Shown: positions 31,890 through 49,913, numbered from the stretch's first letter. The stretch is 64,000 nucleotides of DNA from the human T2T-CHM13v2.0 reference genome, Homo sapiens (GCF_009914755.1 NC_060947.1); one strand, 5' to 3'. Notes: generated by a model from the sequence alone, not told the origin. Numbers and translations: made by a program.

Positions 31890-32396
31890 TGTGACTAAAT
31901 CAGTCATGGTGCTGCCTGAAATTTGGTGGCATGCTCAGCTGGAGTAATTAAGAGTTTAACAAAGTGACTGTTTACACAGATATGTCCCAGGTTAAAGGGA
32001 AACCAACAAGTCATGTTGAGCCATTCTTACATGCCAATTTAGTCTAATCTAACCATTGCCAATCTTGAGCTTCTAGGCCCCTAGTCCTGAAGGGACAAGG
32101 GAAGAAAGTAGAGAACATAACTGTTTGGTGAGGGCCGTTGGAAAGGCTGTGAAGGGATCTTTAGGAAAAAGGATATAGCCAACCCAAGATGACCTAGCAG
32201 GGAGGAAGCTGGGGAAATAAATTCCCTGAACTTATTCTCTTCATGACCTCTGACCTCTTGCCAGTGCCTCCCATTGAATGAACCCAACTGGAAGTCAGAA
32301 ATCAAGGAAGCCCATACAAGTTAGCTTCCTGGTCACAAAGCAGAGTGGAGAAGGAAGGAAGGATCTGAAGTGGCAAATGAAAGCTTATCTAGCACA
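31890..32396 (-). mobile_element. LTR33-like ERVL LTR
   Basis: Reverse reads tgtgctagataagctttcatttgccacttcagatcc...caatgggaggcactggcaagagg. Confidence 0.7.
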
Positions 32397-33996
32397 TCTA
32401 GGTCAGCCCTGTATTATTAGCTCTATTTTACCATTTCAGAAGAGTAAATGGAGACTCAGTGAGATTGACTCATCAAAAGGCTCTATATTAAATCCAAAGA
32501 TCTGGCTCCTATTATGAAAGTATCTCCCATAATTTTTCAAAAAGTCTATTATCTCTTTAGCCACTGAAGAACTTGAGGCTCTCTAAGGTCAACAATGATT
32601 AATAAATTTTTGTAGATTGACTATGTAGAATGAGACCCTACATACAGAAAATAATTGATTACTACTAGTCTTTTATCAAAGAACTAGATGAAATATCATG
32701 TTTTAATTTTTAAATCTATCTGCTTTGCAACATACAGTATTTGCTATTATACCAACTGTAATACTTTCCTACACAGTGCCAGCACAGAATTACAAAGCAG
32801 GATCTCATTTGTGACTTAACTGGTAACTGGTCAATTAGAATGCATGGTACACTTGGAGAATACTTTCCTAATGTTTATGCTTGCTATCAATCAGTATTGT
32901 CCCTTCCTTCAGGACTCACTTACTGATACTGTGAAAAAAATTCTATTTTCTGCATTAATAAATATTACATTCTAAACCAGAACATACACCATTTCATTGC
33001 TGTAAAATCACTTGCTTCCTGTTTCAAAAATATCATTAAAGGCAGCATTGAACTTCTTCTAGCTAATTAGAACATTTGTGTATTTATTTATTTCATTGAT
33101 GAGTTCTATAAATACATTTTAGAAGATTCAGGAGGTCTTTTAGTACTATTCCTTAGAGGGATGGTGTAATAGAAATAATCATTCATAATGAAAATAATCA
33201 CGATCAAAGCCATGCTTCTTTAATATTGAAAGGACAGCATGTTCCAATACTTTGAACAATTTAGTTCAGGGAATTCAAGTCTTTTTCTCTGATCTCAGAG
33301 GCATTTTCTCTGAACAGGAGTCCCTCACACACAAATTGTTTCTGTTGGAATTTAAAAGGTGGCCTCAGCATATGCATCCTCTGGACAAAACTCAAACTCA
33401 TTTGCATGTGTTATATATGTAAATAGTTGTGTGGTGTCCTTCCCATACAGAGATGATAATGCTGACCCAAGTCACTCAGACATGTTTTAAAAGATGTGCT
33501 GTCAATAGCAGGGTAGTTTTCTACTATTTAATCCACACACCCTCCCTCTGTTCTCCCTGTAATCAGTGGGGCACAGGACCAGGTGGCTCAAATGAAGATT
33601 AAGTATCTGATCTTGGTTTCACTGATATGATGCTCTAATTGAGCTAACTGCTTCATCCTGTATAATCTATCACTGAAGAATTTCGAACAAGTTTGGGACA
33701 TCAAGGTGAGGTACAAAGATGAGAAGAGATAAAAATCACACTATGAATACAAGGTAGGAGAAGATAAAAGAATGAATTAATCACAAAGCTGGGACAGAGT
33801 GTCACAAGCCAAACAAAATCACAGGTCTAGAAGCTACTAGTCAATTAAGAGTAGTGGTGAATTCAGATAATAAAGGCAATAATACATTTGTGGGCCACAT
33901 GTGAGTAGAAAAACTACAGTCAGATCATGCAAAGAATAAAGGTTAGAATTAATCATGGGGCAGAAGCCAGGTATAGAGATAAGAACAAGCAGGATG

Positions 33997-34310
33997 GGAG
34001 GCCATTATCCTAAGTGAACTAGTGCAGAACCAGAAAAGCAAATGCTGCATGTTCTTTCTTACAAGTGGAAGCTAAACATTAGCTACACATGGACATAAAG
34101 GTGGGAGCAATATATATTGGGTACTACTAGGGGCGGGAGGTACGGTGGGGGGCAGACGTTTGAAAACTGAGTTGTTTGGTACCATGCTCACTACCTGCAT
34201 CATGAGTTCAATTGTACTCCAAACCTTAGCATCACCCAATATACCTTTCTAACAAACCTGCACATGTACCCCATGAATCTAAAATGAAAGAAGTGGAAAA
34301 AAATAAAAAT
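33997..34310 (+). mobile_element. L1PA16-like 3' fragment
   Basis: gaggccattatcctaagtgaac...aaacctgcacatgtacccc; TSD agaac(a/c)agcaggatg. Confidence 0.85.
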
Positions 34311-34671
34311 AGAACCAGCAGGATGAAGGCACCCAAAGGTAGAGAAAAATTGGAAGTCTGAAATCCAGGTAACTTGGAACCAGAAAAGCTTCAGGAACTG
34401 AAGGGAAAAAAATTACTGAAGGACAGAGATAAAATGCCAGGAACAAGGAGGGATCTCAATCTAAGCCAGTTTTGGTGTGCTCAGTGCATAACTTTTATAT
34501 ACGTTTCTATTGGAGGGTTTTGTATAAGAAGGTATACAGTTAGGGCCTTCTTATACAAAGGGTTAACTACACAAACCCTGGCCTAGCCACCTTTTCTCTT
34601 TATAAGAGCTCCAAGGGATATATAGATGCAAATGAAGGCATGGAAAACAAAGTGATGATTTATTATTTATT

Positions 34672-34822
34672 AAAATAGCTGGGCGTGGTGGTGGGCGCCT
34701 CTAGTCCCAGCTACTTGGGAGGCTGAGGCAGGAGAATGGTGTGAACCTGGGAGGCGGAGTTGCAGTGAGCTGAGATCACGCCACTGCACTCCAGCCTGGG
34801 AGACAGAGCGAGACTCCCTCTC

Positions 34823-34847
<25 letters not shown>
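34672..34847 (+). mobile_element. AluY-like right monomer (5'-truncated)
   Basis: ggagaatggtgtgaacctgggaggcggag; long pure A tail. Confidence 0.85.
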
Positions 34848-34848
<1 letters not shown>

Positions 34849-34853
<5 letters not shown>

Positions 34854-35770
34854 TAAAAAGACAAGCTTCAGCTTGGGAGAAAAATATTTACAAATCACAT
34901 AATTTGCCAAAAGACATGTCCAGGTTATATAAATAATTCTCAAATTCAATAATAAGAAAACGAATAACCCAATTTTTAGAAGAATGAATAAATTTGAAAA
35001 GATGCTTAATCAAAGAATATATATTGATGTCAAAAACATATGAATAATGTTCAATATCATAGTCATTAGTGAAACACAAACTAAAATCACAATTAGATAC
35101 CATTACACTTATTAGAATGTCCAGAATTAAAAAGTCCATGCAATGGAAAGGATATAGAGTAACTGGAACCCTCGGACATTTCTGGTGGAGACATAAAATG
35201 GTATAGCCACACTGAAAATAGTTTAGCAGTGTCTTAAGAAGTTAAACATACATCTACTCTACCACCCCAGCATTTTACTACTAAGCGTTTACTCCTAAAT
35301 GAAAGCCTATGTTCACTCAAAGACTTTTACGTGAATATTTATAGCAGTTTTATTTGTAATAGGCAAAAATGGTAATGATTCAAATTTCCATCAAAAGATG
35401 AAAGGACAAATTGTGATATACTCATATAATGGAATTCTTCTCAGTAAAAAGAAAAGAATGAGTGATTAATTAATGCAACAATGTGGATGAATCTCAAAAT
35501 ATGCTGAGTGAAAGATGCCAGAGGGAAAAATATATTGTATAATTCCATTTAAACAAACTTCTAGAAAGCACAAACTAATTTATAGTGACAAAAAGCAGAT
35601 AAGTGGTTATCTGGAGATAGGAAGGGATGTGGGGAAGAGTGACAGGCAAAGAGTATAAAGGGATGCTGCAAACTTTAGGGGGTGATTGATATGTTTGTAG
35701 TTTATGATGACGACAGTTTCTTGAGTGAATACATATTCCAGAATATATCACATTGTGAGTTTTGAATTTT
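34849..35770 (+). mobile_element. Old L1M (L1MD/ME-like) 3' part
   Basis: gggagaaaatatttacaaatcac...aaactaatttatagtgacaaaaagcagataagtggtt. Confidence 0.7.
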
Positions 35771-36064
35771 TTCTCTCTCATCTTTTGATTCTGTCTCCTG
35801 CCTCTTAAGATTGGTTTCTTTTTAAGTACTCAGATTAAAATTAAAGGAGATCCCCTGAAGATTCCTGGAGTTCTCTTTCAGTACAGCTCTCTCCTCTCTG
35901 GTGCTTTTAACCTGTGAACTCTAGCTACCCTGGCTTCTCTGGACTCCCAGTTTTATTTACTAAACTCAGGGCAACCACCAGACTTTACCTGGGTTGCCCT
36001 TCATTGTATCCTGGACTGAAAATTTTATCTAGACAGTAAACTATGAGCTATGGCAGTTACAGGG

Positions 36065-37440
<1,376 letters not shown>

Positions 37441-37539
37441 TTATGTTTCACATATTTTTCCAGGTTTTTAGTTTTTTCAGGCCAGAGGGTAAGTTTGGTC
37501 TCTGTTACTCCATCTTGCCTGGAAGCTGAAGTCCCCATT

Positions 37540-39247
<1,708 letters not shown>

Positions 39248-39310
39248 TCTCTCTTATGTTTTTAAAAATTGAGATATAATTCACATACCATAAAATTGAC
39301 CGTTTTAAGG

Positions 39311-39730
39311 CCCATCTCACACATAATGACATCCATAGGCTCAAAGTAAAAGGTTGAAAAAGGATCTAAGCAAAGAACAAAATCATGTCCTTTGCAGCAA
39401 CATGGATGCAGCCGGAGGCCACTATCCTTAGCAAATTGATGCAGGAAGAGAAAACTACACATTGCATGTTTTCACTTATAAGTAGGAGCTAAACATTGGG
39501 TATTCAAGGGGATAAGTATGGCAACAATAGACACTGGGGACTACTAGAGGGGACTACCAGAGAGGGGAGACAAGGAAGGGAGTAAGGTTTGAAAAACTAA
39601 CTCTTGGGTACTATGCTCAGTACCTGGGTGACGGGATCATTTGTACCACAAACCTCAGCATCACTCAATATATTCAGGTAATAAACCTGCACATATACCC
39701 CTTAAATCTAAAATAAAAGTTGAAAATAAA
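39311..39730 (+). mobile_element. L1PA16-like 3' end fused to an ORF2 endonuclease fragment
   Basis: cccatctcacacataatgacatccataggctcaaagtaaaagg (EN) followed by aaaatcatgtcctttgcagcaacatgg and 3'UTR. Confidence 0.75.
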
Positions 39731-39999
39731 AGGTCAAAAAAGAAATATCTGATCATATATTTTGTAGATTTTCTATTTGGATTGTTCTATTAACTCCGTC
39801 TCAAAAAAAAAAAAAAAACCACAATCACAATTCAATGATTACATATAATTTAAAATTATTGTTTAATATCATTAATATGCAGTGTTCAAATTACCAATGG
39901 TCATTACAACCAAATGTTATTACATTTTTTACATTAAGAAATTAGAATGCAAATCATGTCCACACATATGACTGGACATTATATCCCCTAAATTTCTTT

Positions 40000-41990
40000 T
40001 ACATCTGCCATTTACTTTTTGTTTTCTATATGGTTCATGTTTTTTTGTTCCTCTTTTCTTCCTTTACTGTTTTTTTGAATTATGTGAATATTTTATAAGG
40101 TAGTATTTAATTTCTTTAGTGATTTTATTTTCTCTATATTTTCTCAGTTATTTTTAAGTGGTTGTTCTAGGGTTTATTGTAACTTATGCATCTTAAATTA
40201 ACATTAGATTTCTACTAACTCAATTCTAGTAATATATAGAAATGTTATTCTTACATAGCTCTATTCCCTTCCCCCATTTCTATGGTATTATTGCTATATA
40301 TACTACACCTATTAATTTTAAAAGAACCAAAAATTCATTGCTATAATTATTATTTTACTATCTGTAGTCATTTATTAAGCCCAATTCTGATTTCTCCCAC
40401 TTGCCTTTTTTGTGTTATTATTGGCAATATATATTACACATATATGACATTTCTATATGTTATGGGCCCAAGATTACATTATATACATACTGTACTATTT
40501 TATATAATTGTTTTTAATCAGTTATGAGGAGAAAGAACAAAAATATAAATTTATACTGTTTTCTATACTTACGTAATTATCTTTAAAAGTGCTCTTTTTT
40601 CATGTGGGGTCACTTGCTTTCAGTCTGAAGAACATCCTTTATTATTTCATTATTTCTGGTAAGCAGTTCTACAGCAACAAATTTTCTCTGCTTTTCTTTA
40701 TCTTGGAAATAATTTTGTCTTTGTATTTGAAAGGTAGCTTTGCTTGATATAACATTAGTGGTTGATAGGTTTTTCATTTTTTGGAGCACTTTGAGTATAT
40801 TATCTTACTGTCTTCTGGCCTTTATTGTTCTTGTTGAGAATTTAGCTTGTCAATCTTCATGAAGTTCCCTTGTAAGTGATGAGTCATTTTTTCTTGCTAC
40901 TATTCAGATGTTCTCCTGACCTTTGACTTTCAGCATTTTTATGTGTGTGTTTATGGATTGCTTTGCATCTATTACTTTAGTGAGGTCTATTTCCTCTCCC
41001 CACAGTGTTAAGTCTCTAATGCCACTCATCAGAAAGGCACACCATTGGTTGACACTGTTATTGGTAGAGTTTTCTCTCTTTTCTGAACCACACCCAGCTC
41101 TTAAACTCCACTAGTTGCTGGCTGATTGCTCTACTACTGTTTTCAACAATACTTTGGGGCGTTAATTGCTCTACAAACTAATCCAATCAAGTTGTGGCTA
41201 TTTGGAAGAAAAAGTTTCTCAGATCTGTGTTTGATATTTATTCTGACCCTAGCAGGGCTTCTCGCAGCTGTCTTATATTGTGATTCCCTCCTGCAAACTA
41301 GCAGGCGTATAGTCTAGGCTGTATCTTCTTCAAATCCATGAATATCCTTCTAATTGCCTTTCATTGAAACTTCTACTGTCCTTTGGAGCATGCTTAAGTT
41401 TGAACTTCTTCCATATATGTTGCAAATGAAGTCAGTTCCTTTGCAAAGAGATTAGGAGCTAGCTGTTTTACAGTCTGCTCCTCTCCTAGGCAGAAATATT
41501 TGAGCCAGGGCTTTGGACCTGGGAATGGGGAAAATGGCAAGCTTCTTTCTGAGTGACCCTCCACTCTAGAAGCTTAGCACTTTATGGGAGGGGAAGCAGA
41601 CTGAGGTCTTTTTGACTTGCATCTTCTGGTATAGAACCACTGTCTCACAAGCTAGGGTAAGAGCGATCATGGCCCCAGTATTTTCAGTGTGCCCCACCCA
41701 AGGTAAAGATTTAATTCCATAAATTTCACCCATGGCTGGAACAGTAGCAGGTAACGGGTAAGTAACTGGGGTCAGGAAGAGAAATACTGAAGTGTGCTGC
41801 TCCTGGGAATAAATCCCTGTGTCTGAAGGATGGGAAGAGCTGGAATCTTGTACTCAGAAAGTGAGTGGACTCTCTGCTTTGTTGGGAAGAGAGGGAATAG
41901 TCTTGGTTCATGTTAACACAGTCTCTTATCTTCATTACAGAATTTTCAAAGATGTTAAATAAATGTTTCTTCATTTTCTAATGGCTACTT
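40000..41990 (-). mobile_element. Old L1M 5'/ORF1-region remnants
   Basis: Degenerate reverse L1 motifs (ttgaaaggtagctttgcttgatataac, gttgagaatttagcttgtcaatc). Confidence 0.55.
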
Positions 41991-42009
41991 CAGAAACCTT
42001 AAATAGAGG

Positions 42010-42190
42010 TTTAAAAAATTATTTTAACTTTGTGGGTACATAGTAGATGTATATATTTATGGAGTACGTAAGACATTTTGATACAGCCATGCAATGTATA
42101 ATAATCTCATCTTGGAAAATGGGGTATCCATCCCCTCAAGTATATCTTTTGTGTTACAAACAATCCAATTACACTCTGCCTACTTTTAAA
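42010..42190 (-). mobile_element. L1MA2-like 3' fragment
   Basis: gtgggtacatagtagatgtatatatttatgg...ggggtatccatcccctcaag. Confidence 0.8.
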
Positions 42191-42767
42191 AAATATTGGA
42201 GTTGTGTAAAATATTTAAAAACATATCAAGATTACTATTAAATATATTTTAGAAATTAAAAAAGTTAAAAGAAACAATGATACACCAATACTTGAGAAGA
42301 GTTATTGATAAAACACAGAATTAAACTCTAAGCTTTCTGGCAGCATAAGCAAAAAGTAAACTATAAAAGGTAGCATGTATTTATCTGTGAATCTACTGAG
42401 GTCTATTTAGGAGGAGTTACTCTCATGGATTCCTGGGACTATATGTTTGACTGTACTTTTGTGATAGGTGTAAAAATAATCTTCAAATGGCCAATTTTCA
42501 AGAGAAGATTGATTAGTTTAACAAAAATAATAACACATGTTCATTTCAAAATTTTTAAAAGCTTGAACAATGTGGAATTGTATAAGATAAAATAAAAACA
42601 ACTCTCCCTCCATTTATTTTTACCTTTTACTTGAGAGAACCAGTGTTAAATGTATTGTTTTCTTCTAGACTTTTTGTACTCTGTGTGTGTGTGTATACAC
42701 TATACTTAATTTTTAAAATAAAAATCAATTCATGTTTTACAAACTGTTTTGAAACAAAAGTTCATAA

Positions 42768-43066
<299 letters not shown>

Positions 43067-43719
43067 ATAAGTGCATAATTTATCATCGTAATTCATCAGT
43101 GGCATTTCTAAGCGTTCCAAGATACTATAGACTATCTATGCTATTTTTATTTGAGGTAACATAACCTAAGAACGTATAAGAATGCATAACTAAAATGTTG
43201 CTTAAAATGTCTGAAAAATTACACACTTGAATTAGAAATGAAGGTAATTGAAATAAAGGACAACTAATATTTACTCAGTAATTACCACATGATAGTCATG
43301 GTGCCAAATACATGTATTATCACATTAAATATTCCCCACCTTTAAATCTTCTCAATGCTCTTTTGATACTCTTTCTGAAAGAACCCCTGCAATACAGGCT
43401 TTCACCACAAGGCTCATTGGTCCATGAGTTTGCTGCTGAGACCTCTGTGGAAATCAGCACCTATTCTAAAAAATTGTTTCTATACTAAGTGGGAAAGATA
43501 AAATGTGAGAGTGAATCAGTGACTTTTGGAGAAAAAAGTGGTTTAGAAATTTTCTAGGTTTGTCCACAAAATACATCTTATTTTATTTTAGAGGGAAACC
43601 CATATATAGACTCCTTTGCAGCCACAGATTCAGAATTTGGCGTGTAAAAAATTAAATGTGGTTTGGGGTTATTGATTAAGAAAACAATTTTCATTTTAAT
43701 AAAAAGAACTAAAAATAGT

Positions 43720-43875
43720 AATTCTTTAGTGTGCCAGACACTGGGCTTTGCAATTTAATATGCATAGTGTCATCTAATATACAGATGAGAAAACTGAGGT
43801 GTAAAAGTATAGGTATATAGTTCATAAGTGACAGAACCAGAGTTTGAACTCAGGGCTGCCTGATTCCAAAACCCA
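43720..43875. mobile_element. MIR relic
   Basis: acagatgagaaaactgagg...gtttgaactcagggctgcctgattccaaa. Confidence 0.65.
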
Positions 43876-43939
43876 TGTAATATACTACACTCTCTAACAA
43901 ATGAGGCTCCAGTGGCCCAACAGTGGGCATAAGTTAGAA

Positions 43940-44105
43940 ATAAACTTCTTAACTGTAATGTTTCCAACAAAAAGAAATGGTGAATGTTTAAGGTAATGGA
44001 TGTCCCAATTACTTTGATTTGATTATCACATATTGTTTACAGGTATCAAAATATCACATGTAGCTCCTGAATTTGTACAAATATTATATATTAATAAAAA
44101 TTTAA
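43940..44105 (+). mobile_element. L1MA 3' fragment
   Basis: gaatgtttaaggtaatggatgtcccaattac...gtatcaaaatatcacatgta. Confidence 0.7.
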
Positions 44106-44359
44106 AAGTAATTTTCTTTCCTATATTTTCCCTAGTATCTTAAACATTATTTAATTCAGTATGCTCCTGCATAAAATCTCAGGTTGGCAGATGGAGTTGG
44201 GAGGGAGAATGAAAAGTAGTACAAGACACAACCGTTTCCTAAAGAGCCTATAATGTTGCTGGGGGAAAAAGAAAATTAAAGTATAGCGTTCAACAATATT
44301 TATCCTAATGCTCATCTGTGCAATAGAGACTATCAAGGCAAAGTTCCTAGACCCTACAG

Positions 44360-45155
<796 letters not shown>

Positions 45156-45596
45156 CCCTAGAATGTTCCTAGCATTACTGGGAAAGGCTTTGGGCAGGAG
45201 GTCAAAAGGGAAAAATAAGATTTGCAGAATAGAAGGTTAGTTTTTTAAGGTTGGACCTATGTTTCCCTCATCTCTTCTTTCCTGAACCATCATCACAGTG
45301 CCACTCATAATTCTTATAATTGTTTGCCCTCCATCAGTGTCAACTGTAATGGGATATGAGGATAGACTATGAGAGAAGAAAGAAAAAAATATGGAGTTAG
45401 GGCTATAAAAGTAGGTGTGGCAAAAGAGGTAGAGAAGGGAGACTCAGACTGTGGCAGAGGGTTTAGTTTGGCTAATGATGGTATGTATGTTTGGATAGGC
45501 AAGATGGTTTCTATTAAGCAAGGGACTTTAATGCCAGTAAGAAGCTTACACTTTCCATTTGCAAGCAACAGAAGTGGACTCTAACTAACTTGAACT

Positions 45597-45701
45597 CTAC
45601 ACACACACATGAACATCTATATACATATATGTAGATGTTCTATATATATATACACACACACACACATACACACTCACACATGCACACACACACACACACA
45701 C
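45597..45701. repeat. (CA)n/(TA)n compound microsatellite
   Basis: acacacacac...tatatatata...cacacacaca. Confidence 0.9.
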
Positions 45702-46379
45702 CCCACTAGGATATAGGGAAGCTTCTAGAACTTAAGAGAATACACAAGAACCAGGCTTTAGAAAGGACAAGAACCATACAGATCCAAAGCCACAGGAACT
45801 AAATTACATGTTCTTCAGCATTCTGCTCTTACGGTGAACTGGATACCAATAAAGCCTTCAGGTCAAGATTCAAATTTCATGGGAAGTCTGATGGGCTTGG
45901 CCTGGCTTATACAACTGGCCTCTGACCAGAGGAAGGTGGGACATAATCCACTGGGGAAGGGATTGTTTTCTAAAGGAAAATTATGGTGCTGCTACCAAAA
46001 ATGGGGGCATGTTTGTTATGCAGTTAGAAACAACAGATGCACATTGTACTGCTGAAAGTGGAATTTAGAAAGAGCAATTTTTCAGAAGTATTCATGATGA
46101 ACTGGAGGAAGCAGGGAGGTATATTAGGAAGTTAATAAGGAAAGTTTGTATAGGGTTGGTGACAGTGGAAGGGGAAGAATCCACTGATTTGGCAGAATAA
46201 ATAAGAACAGCAAAGGAGCTAGAAAAGCACCAGAAAAGCAAACAAAGTTATCATGTTACAAAGAGTGTTAAATACTCCAGTCAAGGAAAATGTAATTGAA
46301 GAGAAAAATCAGATTCTTCTGGAAGTACTGTTCTATTCTTAATGTTACACATAAATAATATTCTCAACATGTGCCCTGC

Positions 46380-46810
46380 CTCCTAATACACAATTAAAAA
46401 CTGGTTCTCCTTTGCTTTCAGGATCAGGATCTGAAATCCTTAATATGTGAAAAACCCTTTTATGATCTGTTTCCTTCTTCCCTCTCCAGCCAAATGTCCT
46501 GTTATGCCATTTATGCTCCAGCCATGTTGTACCTCACCTCTGTGACTTTGTACCTTGTCACTGATATTTCCCCCTCCCTGCAAAACCAGGTTAATATTCT
46601 ATTCATGCTACAAGACTCATGTTAAGTATCATCTCCTCCAGGAAAACGTTTCTGATCAAGTCTGGGCTAGCACTACTCTTATGTGCCTCCATGACACACA
46701 TTCTCTTGTGTTACAATGCAACACCTAGCACAGTGCCTAACACATAGTATGTGCTCAAAAATATGTTCATTGAGTAAATAAATAGATTAATTCATGAATG
46801 AATGGGCTTT
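46380..46810. mobile_element. L2 relic
   Basis: cctagcacagtgcctaacacatagtatgtgctcaaaaatatg...atgaatgaatg. Confidence 0.7.
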
Positions 46811-46888
46811 GGTAGCCATGGAAAGCAGTTGCCTGAGTATGGTTCATACAAAAAATAGCTTGTCAATGAGAAATCAGAGACCAGTAGA

Positions 46889-47208
46889 AGCCAGGCATGA
46901 TGGCTCACACCTGTAATTCCAGCACTTTGGGAGGCCGAGGTGGGCGGATCACTGAGGTCAGAAATTCGAGACCAGCCTGGCCAACATTGTGAAACCCCGT
47001 CTCTACTAAAAATACAAAAGTTAGCAGGGCAGGTGGCACATGCCTATGGTATCAGCTACTTGGGAGGCTGAGGCAGGAGAATTGCTTGACCTGGGAGACA
47101 GAGGTTACAGTGAGCCGAGATCATGCCACTGCATTCCAGCCTGGGTGACAGAGTGAGACTCTGTCTCAAAAAACTAAATAAAATAATAAAACAAACAAAT
47201 AAATAAAT
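46889..47208 (+). mobile_element. AluSx-like
   Basis: Alu dimer with A-rich tail; TSD-like ga(c/a)cagtaga. Confidence 0.95.
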
Positions 47209-49149
47209 AGAACAGTAGAGATTGGGTGTGGGAGTTACTTTGTAGCTGTGAAATGTATCAAAAATTATTTAATCTTGGGTTAATCTGCAGGCTTCTTGAC
47301 AACTTTCAATTAGTCACTATACCCTCTAAGCACTAGCTACAGGATGTCATTTGCTAAATTTCAAACTAACTGATTGCATTTTGTTGCAATACTAGCTGTG
47401 ACTCTGTATCTTCATTACACATGATTATGGCTAGTGTGCTGGTCCCTAGTATTGGTGGCCTCTACTTCACCATCATGCTGATTTCCCCAACCCATCCTCT
47501 CAGAAAAACTGTCAATGGTCAGTAGCTTCCAGTGTTTTGCTTTGGGGTCGATAGACGTTAATGTGTTCCAACAACTCCTGAAAAGGCAGTGAGTGATGAA
47601 AACCTCTTGTCATGTTGGGCTTTTGCACATATTCAACCATGAGCTGCTCCTCTTGGCTTGTAATCATAATTAGAGGATTTTTTTTAAAGTGCAGAGCAAG
47701 CATCTAGTTTTTAATGCACAGAATATTTTAGGCTTCTCTCTCAAATTTGGCTTCATGACCAGATTATTTTCAATGACTCTATGATTTTCTTAAAAGGCCT
47801 ATAAAACAAAAATAAGGTTATCATTTCACTTTAGGCTATTAAATATGCTTTATCTATTCCAGTCTGTTGCTGTGGAAATAGATACAACACAGGAGCCTTG
47901 GCAGTATGACAAGCAATTAAGACACCAAGACGTTTAGCCATGTATGAGTATTTTCTCACAGTGAGACCTCAAAGCTTAGCCTGCCACTGACATTGTTAGT
48001 CATTGAATCAATTACACAAGATGAGGTTGACAGGTGTAATTATATGTTTCTATGGTGATTATGTATGGCCTGCCATAGAGACCAACAAACCTGTTACTTT
48101 GCACTCATTTAAGCAATCACTTATATAGCAAAGTATTTGGAGTTAGAGAGCCTCTTTGGAGTGAAGGAAATCCAAAATAAAGTAAAAAATCCACTGCACT
48201 GCCAACTGTAACTAATGTCATTGGGTTGATTCACACTATCTTTGTCATTAGAATGATATCCAGCTGCCAGGTGATTATACCCTCACACACTCTAGAAATA
48301 TGTGTGGTTATGTGGGACTGGAGTGAAGACAACAATTGATAAGAAAAGTACCAGATATTTGACTGAAATCAAACCCAGGTTAGTAATCTGTTCAGAAATG
48401 GAGAATAATCTTTCAAAAAATTCAAACTAGTTTGTATGTATAGACACAATTTGTGTGTTTTTCTTTTATCAATTCAAATAATTTAGATTCTATGGGAAGA
48501 AGAACAGAGCCAGCATAATTTTAGACATTAGTTGCTTTCTGCATACCATGTTCCAGCTAGAATAGTTTAAATTTGCTTTGAGAAAGTATTATTTTTATAT
48601 TCCCTTTTCCCCCAACTGAGATTTTTTGAAAAGGTGGAATTGAACCAAACCAGCCTCAAAGTATCTCATGGAGAGCAAGGGAGGTGATTTAAGAAGTGTA
48701 ATTGTCTTTTTAATCTCCATCCTGTTTCACCAAAGCATCCCTCAAAGGCAGGATATTTTTGTCATTAATGAAATCTTAATTAGCATATGTCTAGATCACT
48801 GTTTGGTGCTGAATCTGGGTCAAAGACACCTATGATGTGTTTGTGTTACCAGAGGGTTAAGTTGAGCTCTGCAAATTAGGTCTGTGCTCCATGTGTAAGT
48901 ATGTTGGGAAATATCCAGCAGTGATCAGCAAATGCATAGATTGTACCCATGTTGTCACATCTGTTTTCAACCTAATTTTACAAATGTAAGTGTGTTCAGG
49001 AATTCTGAAAACATGAAAGGAATATAAAACAAACAAAAACTTGAAAACAACAAAACTAGCCAAAATATACCATTTGTTACTGTGCCAAGCTTCACCAGAT
49101 TTAAAAAATATATGAAACATCCTTAATTGATAAAGTTGTATTTTAAAAG

Positions 49150-49720
49150 TTGTAATTTAAAAAGTTGTATTTATTGAGTACCTACTATATGTCTAGCACT
49201 GCCATAGGTACTGAAGGAGAACACTGCTTAAAACTCAGGGAATTGAGTTTACTTACAGAGAAGCGACATACATAAAACCACTCAACTTCCTGCTTGCTAA
49301 ACTGAGGGATACAAATTAGAAGTGCTATTGACCTCTATAGAAAGAGGAGATTAATGCAGCTAGAAGAGTCAAGAAAGGCCAATTAGAAGAAATAGAGCAG
49401 GAGCCCAAATTGATGGGCAAAGGAAAGCTAAAGGCATTCATTTCCTTTGAGAGGAATAGCATGAAGCAAGGATTGAAGTCAGCAGCAAGCAGTAAGCATA
49501 TTGAGTCAGGGACCAATGAAGAAACCTTCTTGGCTGGAATGAAGGGTTTGTGCTTCTGATTGCTGAGAGGGAAGTTTGGAGAGAGAAGGTGGCTGGAGCT
49601 TGCAGTGTTAGGTACTAGAATCTAAACTTTTTTGGGTAGGCAATTGTAAGCCTCTGAAAGTATTTGAGAAGAGTGATACAAACAAAGTAAGTGTTTTCAG
49701 ATGGTTGCTTTAGTGGCTAT
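49150..49720. mobile_element. L2 relic
   Basis: tatttattgagtacctactatatgtctagcactg... Confidence 0.6.
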
Positions 49721-49721
49721 A

Positions 49722-49913
49722 CAGTGTTTATTCTCCAAGTGTGATCCTCGGGCTAGGAGTGTCAACAGAACCTGGGAACTTGTTATAAATGCCACTTCTT
49801 GACCCCCACCCCAAACCTACTGAATCAAAAACTCTGAGGGTGAGGCCCAAAAGCCTGTGGTTTAACAAGCCCTATAGGTGATTCTGGTGGATTCTCCAGT
49901 AGGAGAAACACTA
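49722..49913 (+). mobile_element. MER5A DNA transposon
   Basis: acctgggaacttgttataaatgc...aaacctactgaatcaaaaactctg...tttaacaagccc. Confidence 0.8.

Noticed and set aside
49132-49172. Three ~14-bp aaagttgta repeats
   Set aside because: Low-complexity slippage at an L2 end
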